Source: Truepera sp. (GTDB lineage: Bacteria; Deinococcota; Deinococci; Deinococcales; Trueperaceae). From it: a DNA stretch of 64,000 nt. Shown here in pieces: positions 17,511-27,245 of the stretch; position 1 is the first letter of the stretch, and every line of letters begins with the position of its first letter. The notes beneath the pieces are model-generated. The model ran no database searches, had not been told where the DNA came from, and worked only from the letters and a program-made list of their open reading frames with translations. The stretch lies in assembly GCA_965218435.1 (NCBI GenBank), contig CBDCKW010000009.1:1920001-1984000 (forward strand), read 5' to 3'. The translations under genes were made by a program, and so were the position numbers.

Positions 17511-17846
17511 ATGAGCCCAGAAGTTGCCCTCCTCGTTCGCGCTGCCCTCCTCGGTCTAGTCGTGCTCGCCGCCGAGCGTTTCGGCAAACGCCGACAGGCA
17601 AAACGAGCTGAAGCCGAGCGCATCATCATCCGGCTGCCGGCAACCCGTCGTCCGAATGAACCCCTCGCCGGTCGGCCGCTGCAGGTCATTCGCCCCCATA
17701 CCAATGCACCTACCGCTTCAGCCCAAGCTAAGCCAGGGCAAGCTAACTCAGAACCAGCCACAATTGTGCAGCTCGAGCCCGCCGCAACTATGACTGCGAC
17801 GCCCAAACTCTACGACGGACACGTCACCGAAAAACGCGCAGCCTAA
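17511..17846 (+). CDS. Hypothetical single-TM protein
   Basis: N-terminal hydrophobic helix with a Pro/Ala-rich tail; AAGGA upstream. Confidence 0.5.
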   Translation: MSPEVALLVRAALLGLVVLAAERFGKRRQAKRAEAERIIIRLPATRRPNEPLAGRPLQVIRPHTNAPTASAQAKPGQANSEPATIVQLEPAATMTATPKLYDGHVTEKRAA

Positions 17847-17887
17847 TACTCTTTATGTCGTAGGTACATCAGAGTGAAAGGGATAAT

Positions 17888-18220
17888 ATGACCGAGTATC
17901 TAGCTCCTATTCTTCGGGTTGCCGACGGGCAGAAGGCATCAGAATGGTATGCGAGACTAGGATTTGAGGTCGAGGGGGAACACCGTTTTGCTCCAAACCT
18001 TCCCCTCTACCTTTTCTTAAAACGAGGCAATACTCGTCTGCACCTCTCAGAGCATAAAGGTGATGCGACGCCGGACACACTTGTCTATCTTTACGTTAAT
18101 GATGTAGATGCTGTTGCTTCGGAATTTGGAGTGGTTGTAAAAGAAGAACCGTGGGCTAGGGAGATTTCTCTAACTGACTTAGACGGCAACCGATTGCGTA
18201 TTGGCACGCTTTACGAATAA
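17888..18220 (+). CDS. VOC/glyoxalase superfamily protein
   Basis: PILRV, WYARLGF, LHLSEH, PWARE, DLDGNRLRIG. Confidence 0.85.
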   Translation: MTEYLAPILRVADGQKASEWYARLGFEVEGEHRFAPNLPLYLFLKRGNTRLHLSEHKGDATPDTLVYLYVNDVDAVASEFGVVVKEEPWAREISLTDLDGNRLRIGTLYE

Positions 18221-18377
18221 GCGTAGCGCACCGTTAGTCACGTACTATAACGAGGCGCCGCAAGAGTTACGAAACCATTCTCTTCAAAATGCGAGAAAGA
18301 GCTAGGGCATGTCAACTCGCACTGTCGAGGTTTTCAAACCCCTGAGCTGTAACCGGTAAGTCGGGGTACGATAGAGC

Positions 18378-21300
18378 ATGGCGGACGCTTCTAAAATTCT
18401 CAAGCCGGACTCAGCAAGTACGTCTCAACCGCTCAAGTTCGCACACCTTCACCAGCACACGGCGTACAGCCTCTTGGACGGGGCCGCGCGGATCAAAGAC
18501 CTGATGCGGTGGGTGAAAGAGGTCTCACCGGAAAACCCGACGGTGGCGATGACCGACCACGGCAACATGCACGGCGCGGTCGAGTTTTATAAGGCGGCAG
18601 AAAAGGAGGGCGTCAAACCGATCATCGGTTTTGAAGCGTACGTCACCGCCGGATCACGTTTTGAAAAAAAACGCCCCTCAAATAAATTAGACGGCGGCTA
18701 CTTTCACCTGACGCTCTTAGCGAAAAACTTTAAGGGCTACCAAAATCTCTGCAAACTGAATTCTCGGGGGTGGCTCGAGGGCTTTTACATGAAACCGCGC
18801 GTAGACCACGAACTCCTGCGTGAATACAGTGAGGGCGTGATTGCGCTGTCGGGTTGCCTGGGCGCACAACTCCCGCGCAATCTGCTCGATGTCGGGCTCG
18901 AGGCGGGTGAAGAGGTTTTACGGCAATATTTAGACATCTACGGCGACAACTTTTTTATCGAACTGCAAAACCACGTCCCGACCGAAGCGTCGGAGATGAC
19001 GGACTCTTTACAGGACCTGACCGAGCAGCAAACCCGGCTCAACCCCATGCTCCGTGAACTAGCCGATAAACACGGCCTCGGGATGATCGCCACCAACGAC
19101 GGGCACTACGTCAAAAAGGACGACGCCAAAGCGCACGAGGCGCTGTTAGCGATTCAGACCAAAACGACACTGTCTGATCCCAAACGCTTCAGATTCCCGT
19201 GCGACGAGTTTTACGTCAAAACGCCCGAAGAGATGGCGCAGGCGATTCCTGAAAGTGACTTTCCAAGTGCGTTAGCAAACAGCGTCACGGTAGCCGACAT
19301 GTGCGACGTCACCTTGCCCATCGGTTCAAACCGTGTATACCAGATGCCTGAACTGCCGATTCCGGCGGGGCGTACGCTGGCTGAACAGCTCCGAGTGCAG
19401 ACGTATGAGGGCTTGATCGAACGCTACGAGGTCATCACTGAAGACTTGTACCGGCAGTACCTGAGCATGACTGAAAGTGAAAAACTAGATGATTCGGGAA
19501 CCCTCGAGGACGTGCTCGACAAGCTCGCCACCGCGGGCGAACTGTGTCAGCGGCAAGCTAAAGACGCCGGGACGAAATACGTTTCTTACGCGCACCTAGA
19601 AAAGCTCAAAACCGAGGGCAGTATCAGCGAAGAAGCCATGATCATTCTAGAAAGAGCCGAATACGAACTCGGCGTGATTATGGCGATGGGTTTCCCCGAC
19701 TATCTCCTCATCGTGGCAGACTTTATCAACTGGGCCAAAGATCAGGGAATTGCGGTCGGGCCGGGGCGCGGCTCGGGCGCAGGCTCGATTGTCTGCTACG
19801 CTACCCGCATTACCAATATAGAGCCATTACGGTACGGCCTCCTTTTCGAACGTTTTTTGAATCCTGACCGGGTGAGTATGCCTGACATCGACGTAGACTT
19901 TTCCGACTCGAGGCGTATGGAAGTCGTCGAGTACGTCCGGCAAAAATACGGTGAGGAAAAAGTTGCGCAAATTGCGACTTTTGGAACGATGGCGTCAAAA
20001 GCAGCCGTGCGTGACGCGGCAAGGGTGTTAGAAATCCCCTACGCCGACGCCGACGCCGTATCGAAACTCATCCCGGTTGTGTTTGGTCGTTCAACACCCA
20101 TCAAACGGGCGATGGACGAAGTTTCGGAAATCAAAACCTTGTACGACAATGGGGCCAAAGAGTTTATGGACGTCGCCATCAATTTGGAGGGCTTGACGCG
20201 GCACGCTTCGGTGCACGCGGCAGGCGTGATTATCTCCCGTGAACCGGTACAAGAACTCGCGCCGGTCTTTCGCAGCGGTGACGGCCCGATTGTCTGTCAG
20301 TACGATATGGGCTCGGTTGAAGAGATGGGCTTTATCAAGATGGATTTCTTGGGACTTAGAACCCTAACATTCATCGAGACGGCGCTGCGGATTATCAAAG
20401 AGTCGCAGGGAAAAGAGCTTATTCCCGACGATTTTCCTTTAGAAGACGACAAAACCTTCGAGTTGCTGGCGCGTGGCGAGGCCGTAGGTGTCTTTCAATT
20501 TGAAGGTCCTGGAATGATTGACACGCTAAAAAAGCTCAAACCGACCCGCATTCAAGACCTGATTGCAGTTTCGGCCCTGTACCGCCCCGGCCCGATGGAA
20601 AATATCCCGACCTATATCCGGCGGCACCATAAGCTTGAAGCGGTGGACTACACCGAGCAGTTTCCTAAAGCGGGAGCATACCTCGAGCCCATCTTGGAGG
20701 AAACCTACGGCATCCCGGTCTATCAAGAGCAAATTCTAAAAATAGCCCAGGCGGTAGCGGGCTACAGCTTAGGTGAAGCAGACCTTTTACGCAAAGCGAT
20801 GGGCAAAAAAATTCTCGAGGCGATGGTCAAACACCGCGCGATTTTCGAGAAAGGTGCAGCACAGAAGAGTATCCCGGCAGGCGAGGCGAACGCGATTTTC
20901 GACCTACTCGAGAAGTTTGCCAATTATGGCTTTAACAAAGCACATTCAACAGCTTACGGGATGCTCTCTTACCAAACCGCGTACCTCAAAGCCCACTACC
21001 CCGTCGAGTTCGCCGCTGCGCTTTTAACCGTTGAACGCGGCGATTCGGACAAGGTGGCGCAGTACGCCGCCGACGCACGGCGCTTGGGCACCGAGGTCTT
21101 GCCACCCGACATCAACGATTCACGGAGCGACTTTACGCCCGTCGGTGAGGTGGTGCGTTTCGGGCTTTACGGCATTAAAAACGTCGGGGACGGCGCAGTC
21201 GAGCATATCCTCAAGGTACGCGAGCAGGGCAAGTTCAAAGACCTGTACGACTTTTGCAAACGGGTTGACGCGTCTTTGGTCAACAAACGGGCGCTCGAGC

Positions 21301-22220
21301 ACCTGGTCAAGGCGGGGGCGTTTGACAAGGTGGGTGACCGGAGTACGATTTTGGCCAACTTGGAAGCGGCGATTAAATGGGGTGCGGCAGAGCGCGAGAG
21401 TGCTTCAGCGGGGCAGTTCGGACTCTTTGGCGCGGAAGAAACCAAACCGCCCGAGGTCAAGGTCACGCCGTACACGCAGCTCGAGCTGCTCAAATTTGAA
21501 AAAGACGCGCTCGGCCTGTACATTTCCGACCACCCGATGAACGCGTATCCGGGTCTGGCGGAAGCCGCGAGCTGTACGGCGGCAGGGCTCGAGCGGTGCT
21601 ATCAAACCCTGGTCAACGCAAGCCGGGGCGACCCACGGCAACACATCGTTTTAGCCGGACTCATCCAAAAGGTACAGAAAAAAGCAACCCGCTCGGGCGG
21701 GATGATGGCGTTTTTTGAGTTGGCCGACGAGACCGGCAGCCAAGAGGTGGTGGCTTTTGGCCGGACGTATGAAGACATCGCCGACAAGTTGGCGGAAGAC
21801 GTACCGGCGGTGCTCGTCGCTGAAGCGTCGGACAAAGACGGCAGCGTCCGGTTGGTCGTAGACCGGCTGATCCGCTGGGATGAGCGTGCGGTTTTACCCG
21901 AAGTGGCGATTGCCGAGTTTCGGCTCGAGGAGGTCAACGAGACGATGCTCACAGATTTTCGCTCGCACGTAGACGAGTACGCTGGCACGACTAGCCTACA
22001 CCTCAAGGTACGCTCGGAACAGGGTACCGCAACTTATCAGACCGACGCACTCCGGGTTGCTAAAGAACATTTGGACGATTTGCAGCGGAGTTGTCCGTGG
22101 CTCAAAGTGTCGGTCACGCTCGACCGGAGCAACCTTTTGCGCGCCGCGGCGAGCCGAGGTAACCGCTTCGGCAGGCCAGCGCAAGAGACGAATACCCGTC
22201 CAGCGGAAGTTCCTTTTTAG
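18378..22220 (+). CDS. dnaE: DNA polymerase III alpha subunit
   Basis: PHP motif HLHQHTAYSLLDG, GPGRGSGAGS, SMPDIDVDF, FANYGFNKAH. Confidence 0.98.
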   Translation: MADASKILKPDSASTSQPLKFAHLHQHTAYSLLDGAARIKDLMRWVKEVSPENPTVAMTDHGNMHGAVEFYKAAEKEGVKPIIGFEAYVTAGSRFEKKRPSNKLDGGYFHLTLLAKNFKGYQNLCKLNSRGWLEGFYMKPRVDHELLREYSEGVIALSGCLGAQLPRNLLDVGLEAGEEVLRQYLDIYGDNFFIELQNHVPTEASEMTDSLQDLTEQQTRLNPMLRELADKHGLGMIATNDGHYVKKDDAKAHEALLAIQTKTTLSDPKRFRFPCDEFYVKTPEEMAQAIPESDFPSALANSVTVADMCDVTLPIGSNRVYQMPELPIPAGRTLAEQLRVQTYEGLIERYEVITEDLYRQYLSMTESEKLDDSGTLEDVLDKLATAGELCQRQAKDAGTKYVSYAHLEKLKTEGSISEEAMIILERAEYELGVIMAMGFPDYLLIVADFINWAKDQGIAVGPGRGSGAGSIVCYATRITNIEPLRYGLLFERFLNPDRVSMPDIDVDFSDSRRMEVVEYVRQKYGEEKVAQIATFGTMASKAAVRDAARVLEIPYADADAVSKLIPVVFGRSTPIKRAMDEVSEIKTLYDNGAKEFMDVAINLEGLTRHASVHAAGVIISREPVQELAPVFRSGDGPIVCQYDMGSVEEMGFIKMDFLGLRTLTFIETALRIIKESQGKELIPDDFPLEDDKTFELLARGEAVGVFQFEGPGMIDTLKKLKPTRIQDLIAVSALYRPGPMENIPTYIRRHHKLEAVDYTEQFPKAGAYLEPILEETYGIPVYQEQILKIAQAVAGYSLGEADLLRKAMGKKILEAMVKHRAIFEKGAAQKSIPAGEANAIFDLLEKFANYGFNKAHSTAYGMLSYQTAYLKAHYPVEFAAALLTVERGDSDKVAQYAADARRLGTEVLPPDINDSRSDFTPVGEVVRFGLYGIKNVGDGAVEHILKVREQGKFKDLYDFCKRVDASLVNKRALEHLVKAGAFDKVGDRSTILANLEAAIKWGAAERESASAGQFGLFGAEETKPPEVKVTPYTQLELLKFEKDALGLYISDHPMNAYPGLAEAASCTAAGLERCYQTLVNASRGDPRQHIVLAGLIQKVQKKATRSGGMMAFFELADETGSQEVVAFGRTYEDIADKLAEDVPAVLVAEASDKDGSVRLVVDRLIRWDERAVLPEVAIAEFRLEEVNETMLTDFRSHVDEYAGTTSLHLKVRSEQGTATYQTDALRVAKEHLDDLQRSCPWLKVSVTLDRSNLLRAAASRGNRFGRPAQETNTRPAEVPF

Positions 22221-22299
22221 CCCTGTCTCGACATGTTCTGAGCGAAGTTCCTGTATAAGACGTGACGGGAACTTCGCCTATTTTTGCGTAGGGTGGACT

Positions 22300-22632
22300 G
22301 TGAAACCAACCTACACGTCAGTTCAGCGTCTCGTCTCTCGCCGCAATCTCCTCAGGGGTTTGGGTATCGGTGCGCTCGGCGCGAGCGTCAACCTCGCCTC
22401 AGCGCAAGAAGCGCCGCCGCAAGGAATTTTGGGCCTCGAGCACACCTCGGTCGGTGACGTTCAGATTGCGGTTATCAAGGACGTAAGCCTCCTCCCACCC
22501 GGCGCGTTTGGTGGCAGCGCACCTGAGGGCGCAGTTGGTAAGCTTTTAGGTTAGTACAACTTGCCAACAGACAGCACCGCAGCGAGTGCAAGCGGAACTC
22601 AAGCAGAAACTGAAACGAATACGATGCTTTAA
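22300..22632 (+). pseudogene. Remnant of a Tat-exported protein, probably a metallo-beta-lactamase-fold hydrolase
   Basis: SRRNLL Tat signal plus ASA-Q cleavage site and VGDVQIAVIKD; in-frame TAG at 22552, then YNLPTD...; no catalytic core. Confidence 0.6.
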
Positions 22633-22660
22633 TGTCTCAGAACTCTGATACATTTGCACG

Positions 22661-23143
22661 ATGCCTACTCACTTTAAGCTCGAGCCCCTTTTGCGCCGTC
22701 ACAACAAAAGCGTGCTGACGCTGGCTAAAGCTAGCGGACTTGCCAAAACTACGGTCTACAACCTCGTCAATAATAAAGCGAAAGCAGTTGAGCTCGAGAC
22801 CTTGAGTAAACTTGTAGACGGGCTCGAGCGCCTGACGGGTAAAACCATCACTTTTGATGACGTTTTGGAGAAGGAGCCGCAAGAGCGCAACACGCTCCTA
22901 GACGCCCTGCTCAAAGACGCCAAGCCGCTCGATTGGGACAAGATGATAACGGGTATTCCCGATTGGACACAAGAAGAACGTGAGGAAAACTCGCGGGTTT
23001 TTGAAATAGAGCGGGAGAGAAAAAATGCCAAACGCCCGTCTAAACGGCTAGAGCAAATGCTCGAGATTTTCAGCTCTAGTAAAGCGTCTACAGAAACGTC
23101 TACAGAAAAACCTATAGAAAACCCTCCAGTGACCAAGCCGTGA
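22661..23143 (+). CDS. XRE/Cro-type HTH protein, putative antitoxin
   Basis: LAKASGLAKTTVYNL...VELETLSKL; overlaps the PIN gene (GTGA). Confidence 0.8.
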   Translation: MPTHFKLEPLLRRHNKSVLTLAKASGLAKTTVYNLVNNKAKAVELETLSKLVDGLERLTGKTITFDDVLEKEPQERNTLLDALLKDAKPLDWDKMITGIPDWTQEEREENSRVFEIERERKNAKRPSKRLEQMLEIFSSSKASTETSTEKPIENPPVTKP

Positions 23144-23548
23144 GCGGCGTCTTAACTGGTAGATACCAACATCATCAGCTATATCTTTAATGGTCATTCG
23201 CTTGCAGGCGGCTACGAAAAGCATCTGCGCGGACAGACTATCCTGATAGCCGCGCAGACCGTCGCAGAGATGCGCTTTAGGGCGTACAGGGCCAGCTGGG
23301 GTGAGCGCCGCCGGAGAAGTTTAGAAGAGACGCTGGCAAATTGCACTGTTGTCTACCCGAACGATGCTATCTGCACGTTTTGGGCACGCAGCCTGTACCG
23401 CGGGTACGAACTGGGCCGCCCCCTAGACGAGTCTGACGCCTGGATAGCCGCGACTGCCCTGACATTTGGCGTTCCCCTGGTCACACATAACCGGAGAGCC
23501 TTCGACTTTATCCCTGAGCTTGACCTCATCTCAGAGAATCACACCTGA
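23140..23548 (+). pseudogene. vapC: PIN-domain (VapC-like) toxin with a frameshift near the start
   Basis: LVDTNIISY, QTVAE, DAWIAATA, LVTHN..F; the coupled GTG 23140 is out of frame by one base (TTA A CTG). Confidence 0.75.
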
Positions 23549-23641
23549 GCAAGCAGAACCTCGAGCTTACTCGGGTCAGCCAAGCGAGGTTACTTTAGAA
23601 CAGACCTACAGTGCCGTCCCCGTCGACGCGGTAAAGTCACC

Positions 23642-24706
23642 TTGATGCCTATGCTCTCTCCCGCTGACCTCTACTCGGTCGGCGCAGGTCGCCCCGCGTA
23701 CACCCTGCTCGACGTGCGTGCGCCTGTCGAGGTCGCAGCGGGTGCCTTACCCGGTGCCGTGCCCCTGCCAATTTTGTCCGACGAAGAGCGGCACTTGGTC
23801 GGTTTGCGGTACAAAGAGACGGGGCAAGAGGCCGCGATAACTTTGGGTTACGCGCTCACCGAGTCGCACCTACCGGGGCGTATCGAGGCGTGGCGGGCCG
23901 TAGTAGCACAGGGGCCGACGGCGGTCACCTGCTGGCGCGGCGGACTCCGCAGCAAGCTCGCCGCAGAGTTTATTGGAGACGACCGCGTTCCCCGCGTTGA
24001 GGGTGGGTATAAGGCGATTCGCGCCCATCTAATACGCGAACTAGCGCCGTCGCTGGCGCGGTATGAGAGCATCGTTGTCGGTGGGCTGACGGGTTCAGGT
24101 AAAACAGCGTTGTTAGAGAAGTTGCGAGGAACCCCAAACTTGCGGGTGCTCGATCTGGAGCATGAAGCCCGCCATAGGGGGAGCGCGTTCGGGCGGCTCG
24201 CCGAACCGCAGCCTGCACAAGCGACGTTTGAAAACAGCGTTGCGACGCAACTTTTGCTAGGTAATGAACAGAGATTGGTGCTCGAGGACGAATCTCGCAC
24301 TATCGGCCGGATTGAGCTACCTGACCCGCTATATGAGGTGGTGCAAGCCTCGCCCGTGGTTTTGGTCGAAGAGCCTTTAGAAAACCGCGTCGCACGGATT
24401 CACCGGGATTATGTGCTTTCTTTGAGCCGCACACTCGGCGTTTCCGAAACGCGGCGCTATTTGAGCGGGAGCTTGTTACGCCTGAAAAAACGGCTCTCCG
24501 GCGCGGTGACTGACGCGGCACTCGGGAGCTTAGCGGACGCCGAACACTCCGGTCAGTGGACGCAAGTAGACGCGCACCGAGGTTGGATTACGCCACTGCT
24601 CGAGCTTTACTACGACCCGCTCTACCGCAAAGGACTCAAAAATTTAGGACGCCCGGTGCGCTTTGCGGGCGATTTGGAGGCGTGTTACACATGGTTGACA
24701 CAGTAA
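23642..24706 (+). CDS. mnmH: tRNA 2-selenouridine(34) synthase
   Basis: Rhodanese DVRAPVE and CWRGGLRS, P-loop GLTGSGKT, HRGSAFG, EDESRTIG, YYDPLY. Confidence 0.93.
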   Translation: MMPMLSPADLYSVGAGRPAYTLLDVRAPVEVAAGALPGAVPLPILSDEERHLVGLRYKETGQEAAITLGYALTESHLPGRIEAWRAVVAQGPTAVTCWRGGLRSKLAAEFIGDDRVPRVEGGYKAIRAHLIRELAPSLARYESIVVGGLTGSGKTALLEKLRGTPNLRVLDLEHEARHRGSAFGRLAEPQPAQATFENSVATQLLLGNEQRLVLEDESRTIGRIELPDPLYEVVQASPVVLVEEPLENRVARIHRDYVLSLSRTLGVSETRRYLSGSLLRLKKRLSGAVTDAALGSLADAEHSGQWTQVDAHRGWITPLLELYYDPLYRKGLKNLGRPVRFAGDLEACYTWLTQ

Positions 24707-25776
24707 ACAAAAAAGCAGATAGAACTGTAGACAAAACGGTAAATACTCCTATCAAACTTACGCAAACCGTTAAAAAAGGTGGCTGCGCTGCGAAAATCGC
24801 CGCTGGGACGCTTTCCGAGTTGCTGCAAACACTCCCTCGTCAGAGTCACCCCGACCTGCTCGTCGGTACGGACTTTTTAGATGACGCCGCCGTCTGGCGC
24901 GTCAACGACCAGCAGGTGATGGTGCAGACCCTCGACTTTTTTACACCCATTTTGGACGACGCTTATGACTTCGGCGCGGTGGCTGCCGCGAACGCTCTAT
25001 CCGACGTGTTTGCGATGGGCGCGGCTCCGGTTACGGCGTTGACGATTCTGGCGTATCCCCTAGACACCTTGCCGCCCGACATACTGCGCGAGCTGATGGC
25101 CGGCGCAGTTGAAAAGGTCAATGAAGCCGGGGCGTGTCTCGTTGGCGGTCACTCGATTGACGACGACACCCTCAAACTCGGGTTTAGCGTGACGGGATTG
25201 GCGCACCCGGACCAGCTCTGGAGCAACCGGGGCGCACGTGAAGGCGACACACTCATCTTGACCAAAGCCGTCGGCACCGGCACACTGACGGGCGCACTTA
25301 AAAACGGTGAGCTGGGCTATGACGATATTGCCGAAGCGATTTCTTCGATGAAGACGTTGAATAACTTGGCGTTGCCAAACGAGCTGCACAGCGCCGTTCG
25401 CGCGGCGACCGACGTGACAGGCTTCGGCATTTTGGGACACGCACTGCATCTGGCGCAGGGCGGGGGCGTTACCCTCAACTTGTCAGCACAGGCCGTCCCC
25501 CTCTTAGAACACGCCGCCGACACCTTAGCCAAAATCCTGACCAAAGCCCACCGGAGCAACACCGGCTACGTGCAGGCCCACACAAGTGGACGTGAGCGCA
25601 TCTCGGAAAGTACGTGGTGGGCGCTGACCGACCCGCAAACGTCAGGTGGATTGCTGCTCGCCGTTTCACCTGAACAAGCTGACGAGTTGTTGAACTTTAT
25701 CCAGCCTAAGTTTCCCAGGGCTACTGTGATTGGCCGAGTTGAGAAGCGAGGAGAAAGGGCGCTCGAGGTCGCCTAG
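24691..25776 (+). CDS. selD: Selenide, water dikinase (Cys form)
   Basis: GGCAAK, DDAAV, QTLDFFTP, NALSDVFAMG, DPQTSGGLL; GGAGG precedes ATG 24691. Confidence 0.95.
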   Translation: MVDTVNKKADRTVDKTVNTPIKLTQTVKKGGCAAKIAAGTLSELLQTLPRQSHPDLLVGTDFLDDAAVWRVNDQQVMVQTLDFFTPILDDAYDFGAVAAANALSDVFAMGAAPVTALTILAYPLDTLPPDILRELMAGAVEKVNEAGACLVGGHSIDDDTLKLGFSVTGLAHPDQLWSNRGAREGDTLILTKAVGTGTLTGALKNGELGYDDIAEAISSMKTLNNLALPNELHSAVRAATDVTGFGILGHALHLAQGGGVTLNLSAQAVPLLEHAADTLAKILTKAHRSNTGYVQAHTSGRERISESTWWALTDPQTSGGLLLAVSPEQADELLNFIQPKFPRATVIGRVEKRGERALEVA

Positions 25777-25936
25777 AGCCACCTTTTAAGATCGGCCGGA
25801 AGCATTACAGCAGGCCGAGAGTCAGAAGTAAGCACACAAAAGTCAGTCGGTAACATCCGGCGGCTAACTTGATTAAGACCCTCGCGTCTCGTGCATTCAA
25901 AACGTAGAGACGTTATAAAAATAGCGTAAAAACACG

Positions 25937-27028
25937 TTATACCGCCTGCTTTTGTTTAGCCCGCAGGTCAATCTGCGTCGCCGCCATCTTAAAGCTCTGC
26001 GAACTCGTCGCCGCGTGAAAGCCGGTGTCAAAGTCAATCTTGCCCTCGGCGTAGAGTTCGGCAAGAGCGTCGTCGAAAAGCTGCATCCCGTCGAGCTTCG
26101 AGTCGCGGAGCGCGTCGTAGAGTTCGCCGTAGCGGTCTTCGTCGCGGAGTAAGTCTTTAATCCGCAACGTCCCTTTCATAATTTCAGACGCGGCAATACG
26201 GCCGCCGCCCGCCCGCGGCAACAGCCGCTGTGACACGATGCCGACGAGCGAATCGGCAAAAAGAACTCTGGCCGACGCCCGTTCATGAGGGGGAAAGAGT
26301 TCCATCACGCGGTTCACCGTGCGCACCGTATCGAGCGTATGCAGCGTACTAAAAACCAGGTGACCCGTCTGCGCGGCGCTGATGGCCGCGGCCGCCGTCG
26401 CGTAGTCACGGATTTCGCCGATCATAATGACTTCGGGGTCTTGCCGCATCGCCGCGACGAGCGCCTCGGAGAAGGTCAACGCGTCTACCCCGATTTCACG
26501 CTGGACGATGATCGAGCGTTTGGTGCGGTGCAGGTATTCGATCGGGTCTTCGACGGTAATAATCATCTTGTCGTGTGTCTGGTTGATCTCGTCAATGATC
26601 CGCGTCAAGGTCGTAGATTTACCCGAACCCGTCGGGCCGGTGACTAAAATCAGGCCCTTTTCTTGGTCTCGAAAATATTTGAGCAGGTCAGGCGGTAAGT
26701 TCACCACGCGGAGTTGTGACTCATCCGAATTGATCACACGCAAAACGGCGCTGACCGACGACCGCTGATGAAACAAGTTCACCCGGAAACGCGCCACCCC
26801 GCTGACACTGTAGGCGAGGTCAACTTGGTGCCGGTCGGCAAAAATGGCCTTTTGCCGTTCGTCACACATGATCTCTAAAAGCGATGCGGTCGCAGCGGGC
26901 GAGAGTTTAGTCTCGCCGACCGGGACGAGCCGCCCGCTCAGGCGGGCCATCGGATACATCCCGGCGTGGAGGTGAATGTCCGACGCACCTTTGGCGACGA
27001 ACGAGGTAAGCATATCGTTAAAGGTCAT
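25937..27028 (-). CDS. pilT: PilT/PilU type IV pilus retraction ATPase
   Basis: ASDIHL, GPTGSGKSTT, TVEDPIE, RQDPEVIMIGEIRD, TGHLVFSTLH. Confidence 0.93.
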   Translation of the reverse strand: MTFNDMLTSFVAKGASDIHLHAGMYPMARLSGRLVPVGETKLSPAATASLLEIMCDERQKAIFADRHQVDLAYSVSGVARFRVNLFHQRSSVSAVLRVINSDESQLRVVNLPPDLLKYFRDQEKGLILVTGPTGSGKSTTLTRIIDEINQTHDKMIITVEDPIEYLHRTKRSIIVQREIGVDALTFSEALVAAMRQDPEVIMIGEIRDYATAAAAISAAQTGHLVFSTLHTLDTVRTVNRVMELFPPHERASARVLFADSLVGIVSQRLLPRAGGGRIAASEIMKGTLRIKDLLRDEDRYGELYDALRDSKLDGMQLFDDALAELYAEGKIDFDTGFHAATSSQSFKMAATQIDLRAKQKQAV

Positions 27029-27245
27029 GGCGTCAGTGTAAAAAGTTGGAGCGGGGTATGGGGCTAAAAAAGCCATAGTTGTAAGAAAGAATTGAGAATA
27101 CAGAAGTCAGAATGCAGAACTCATACGCCGGAGAAACGTCCCTCAAGAGTCCCAAATCCGTTACCTAGAGCAAATTTTACGTTTTGACCCTCAGCTAAAC
27201 TTAAGAGATGGTTAGTCAGCACAAACTATTACAAAAGATAACGTT

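Noticed and set aside
19400..19660. Possible intein or foreign insert in DnaE
   Set aside because: No C/S...HN splice motifs; it fits the helical insertion known in Deinococcus-Thermus DnaE.
22552..22554. TAG readthrough (pyrrolysine) in the Tat ORF
   Set aside because: The downstream frame stops after 25 codons with no catalytic motifs, so a pseudogene is simpler.
24760..24800. Selenocysteine in SelD
   Set aside because: The active-site codon is TGC (Cys) and there is no in-frame TGA.
25905..25935. Radiation/desiccation response motif-like sequences (also near 27177 and 39703)
   Set aside because: Only half-site matches; the 25913 site lies between convergent gene ends.
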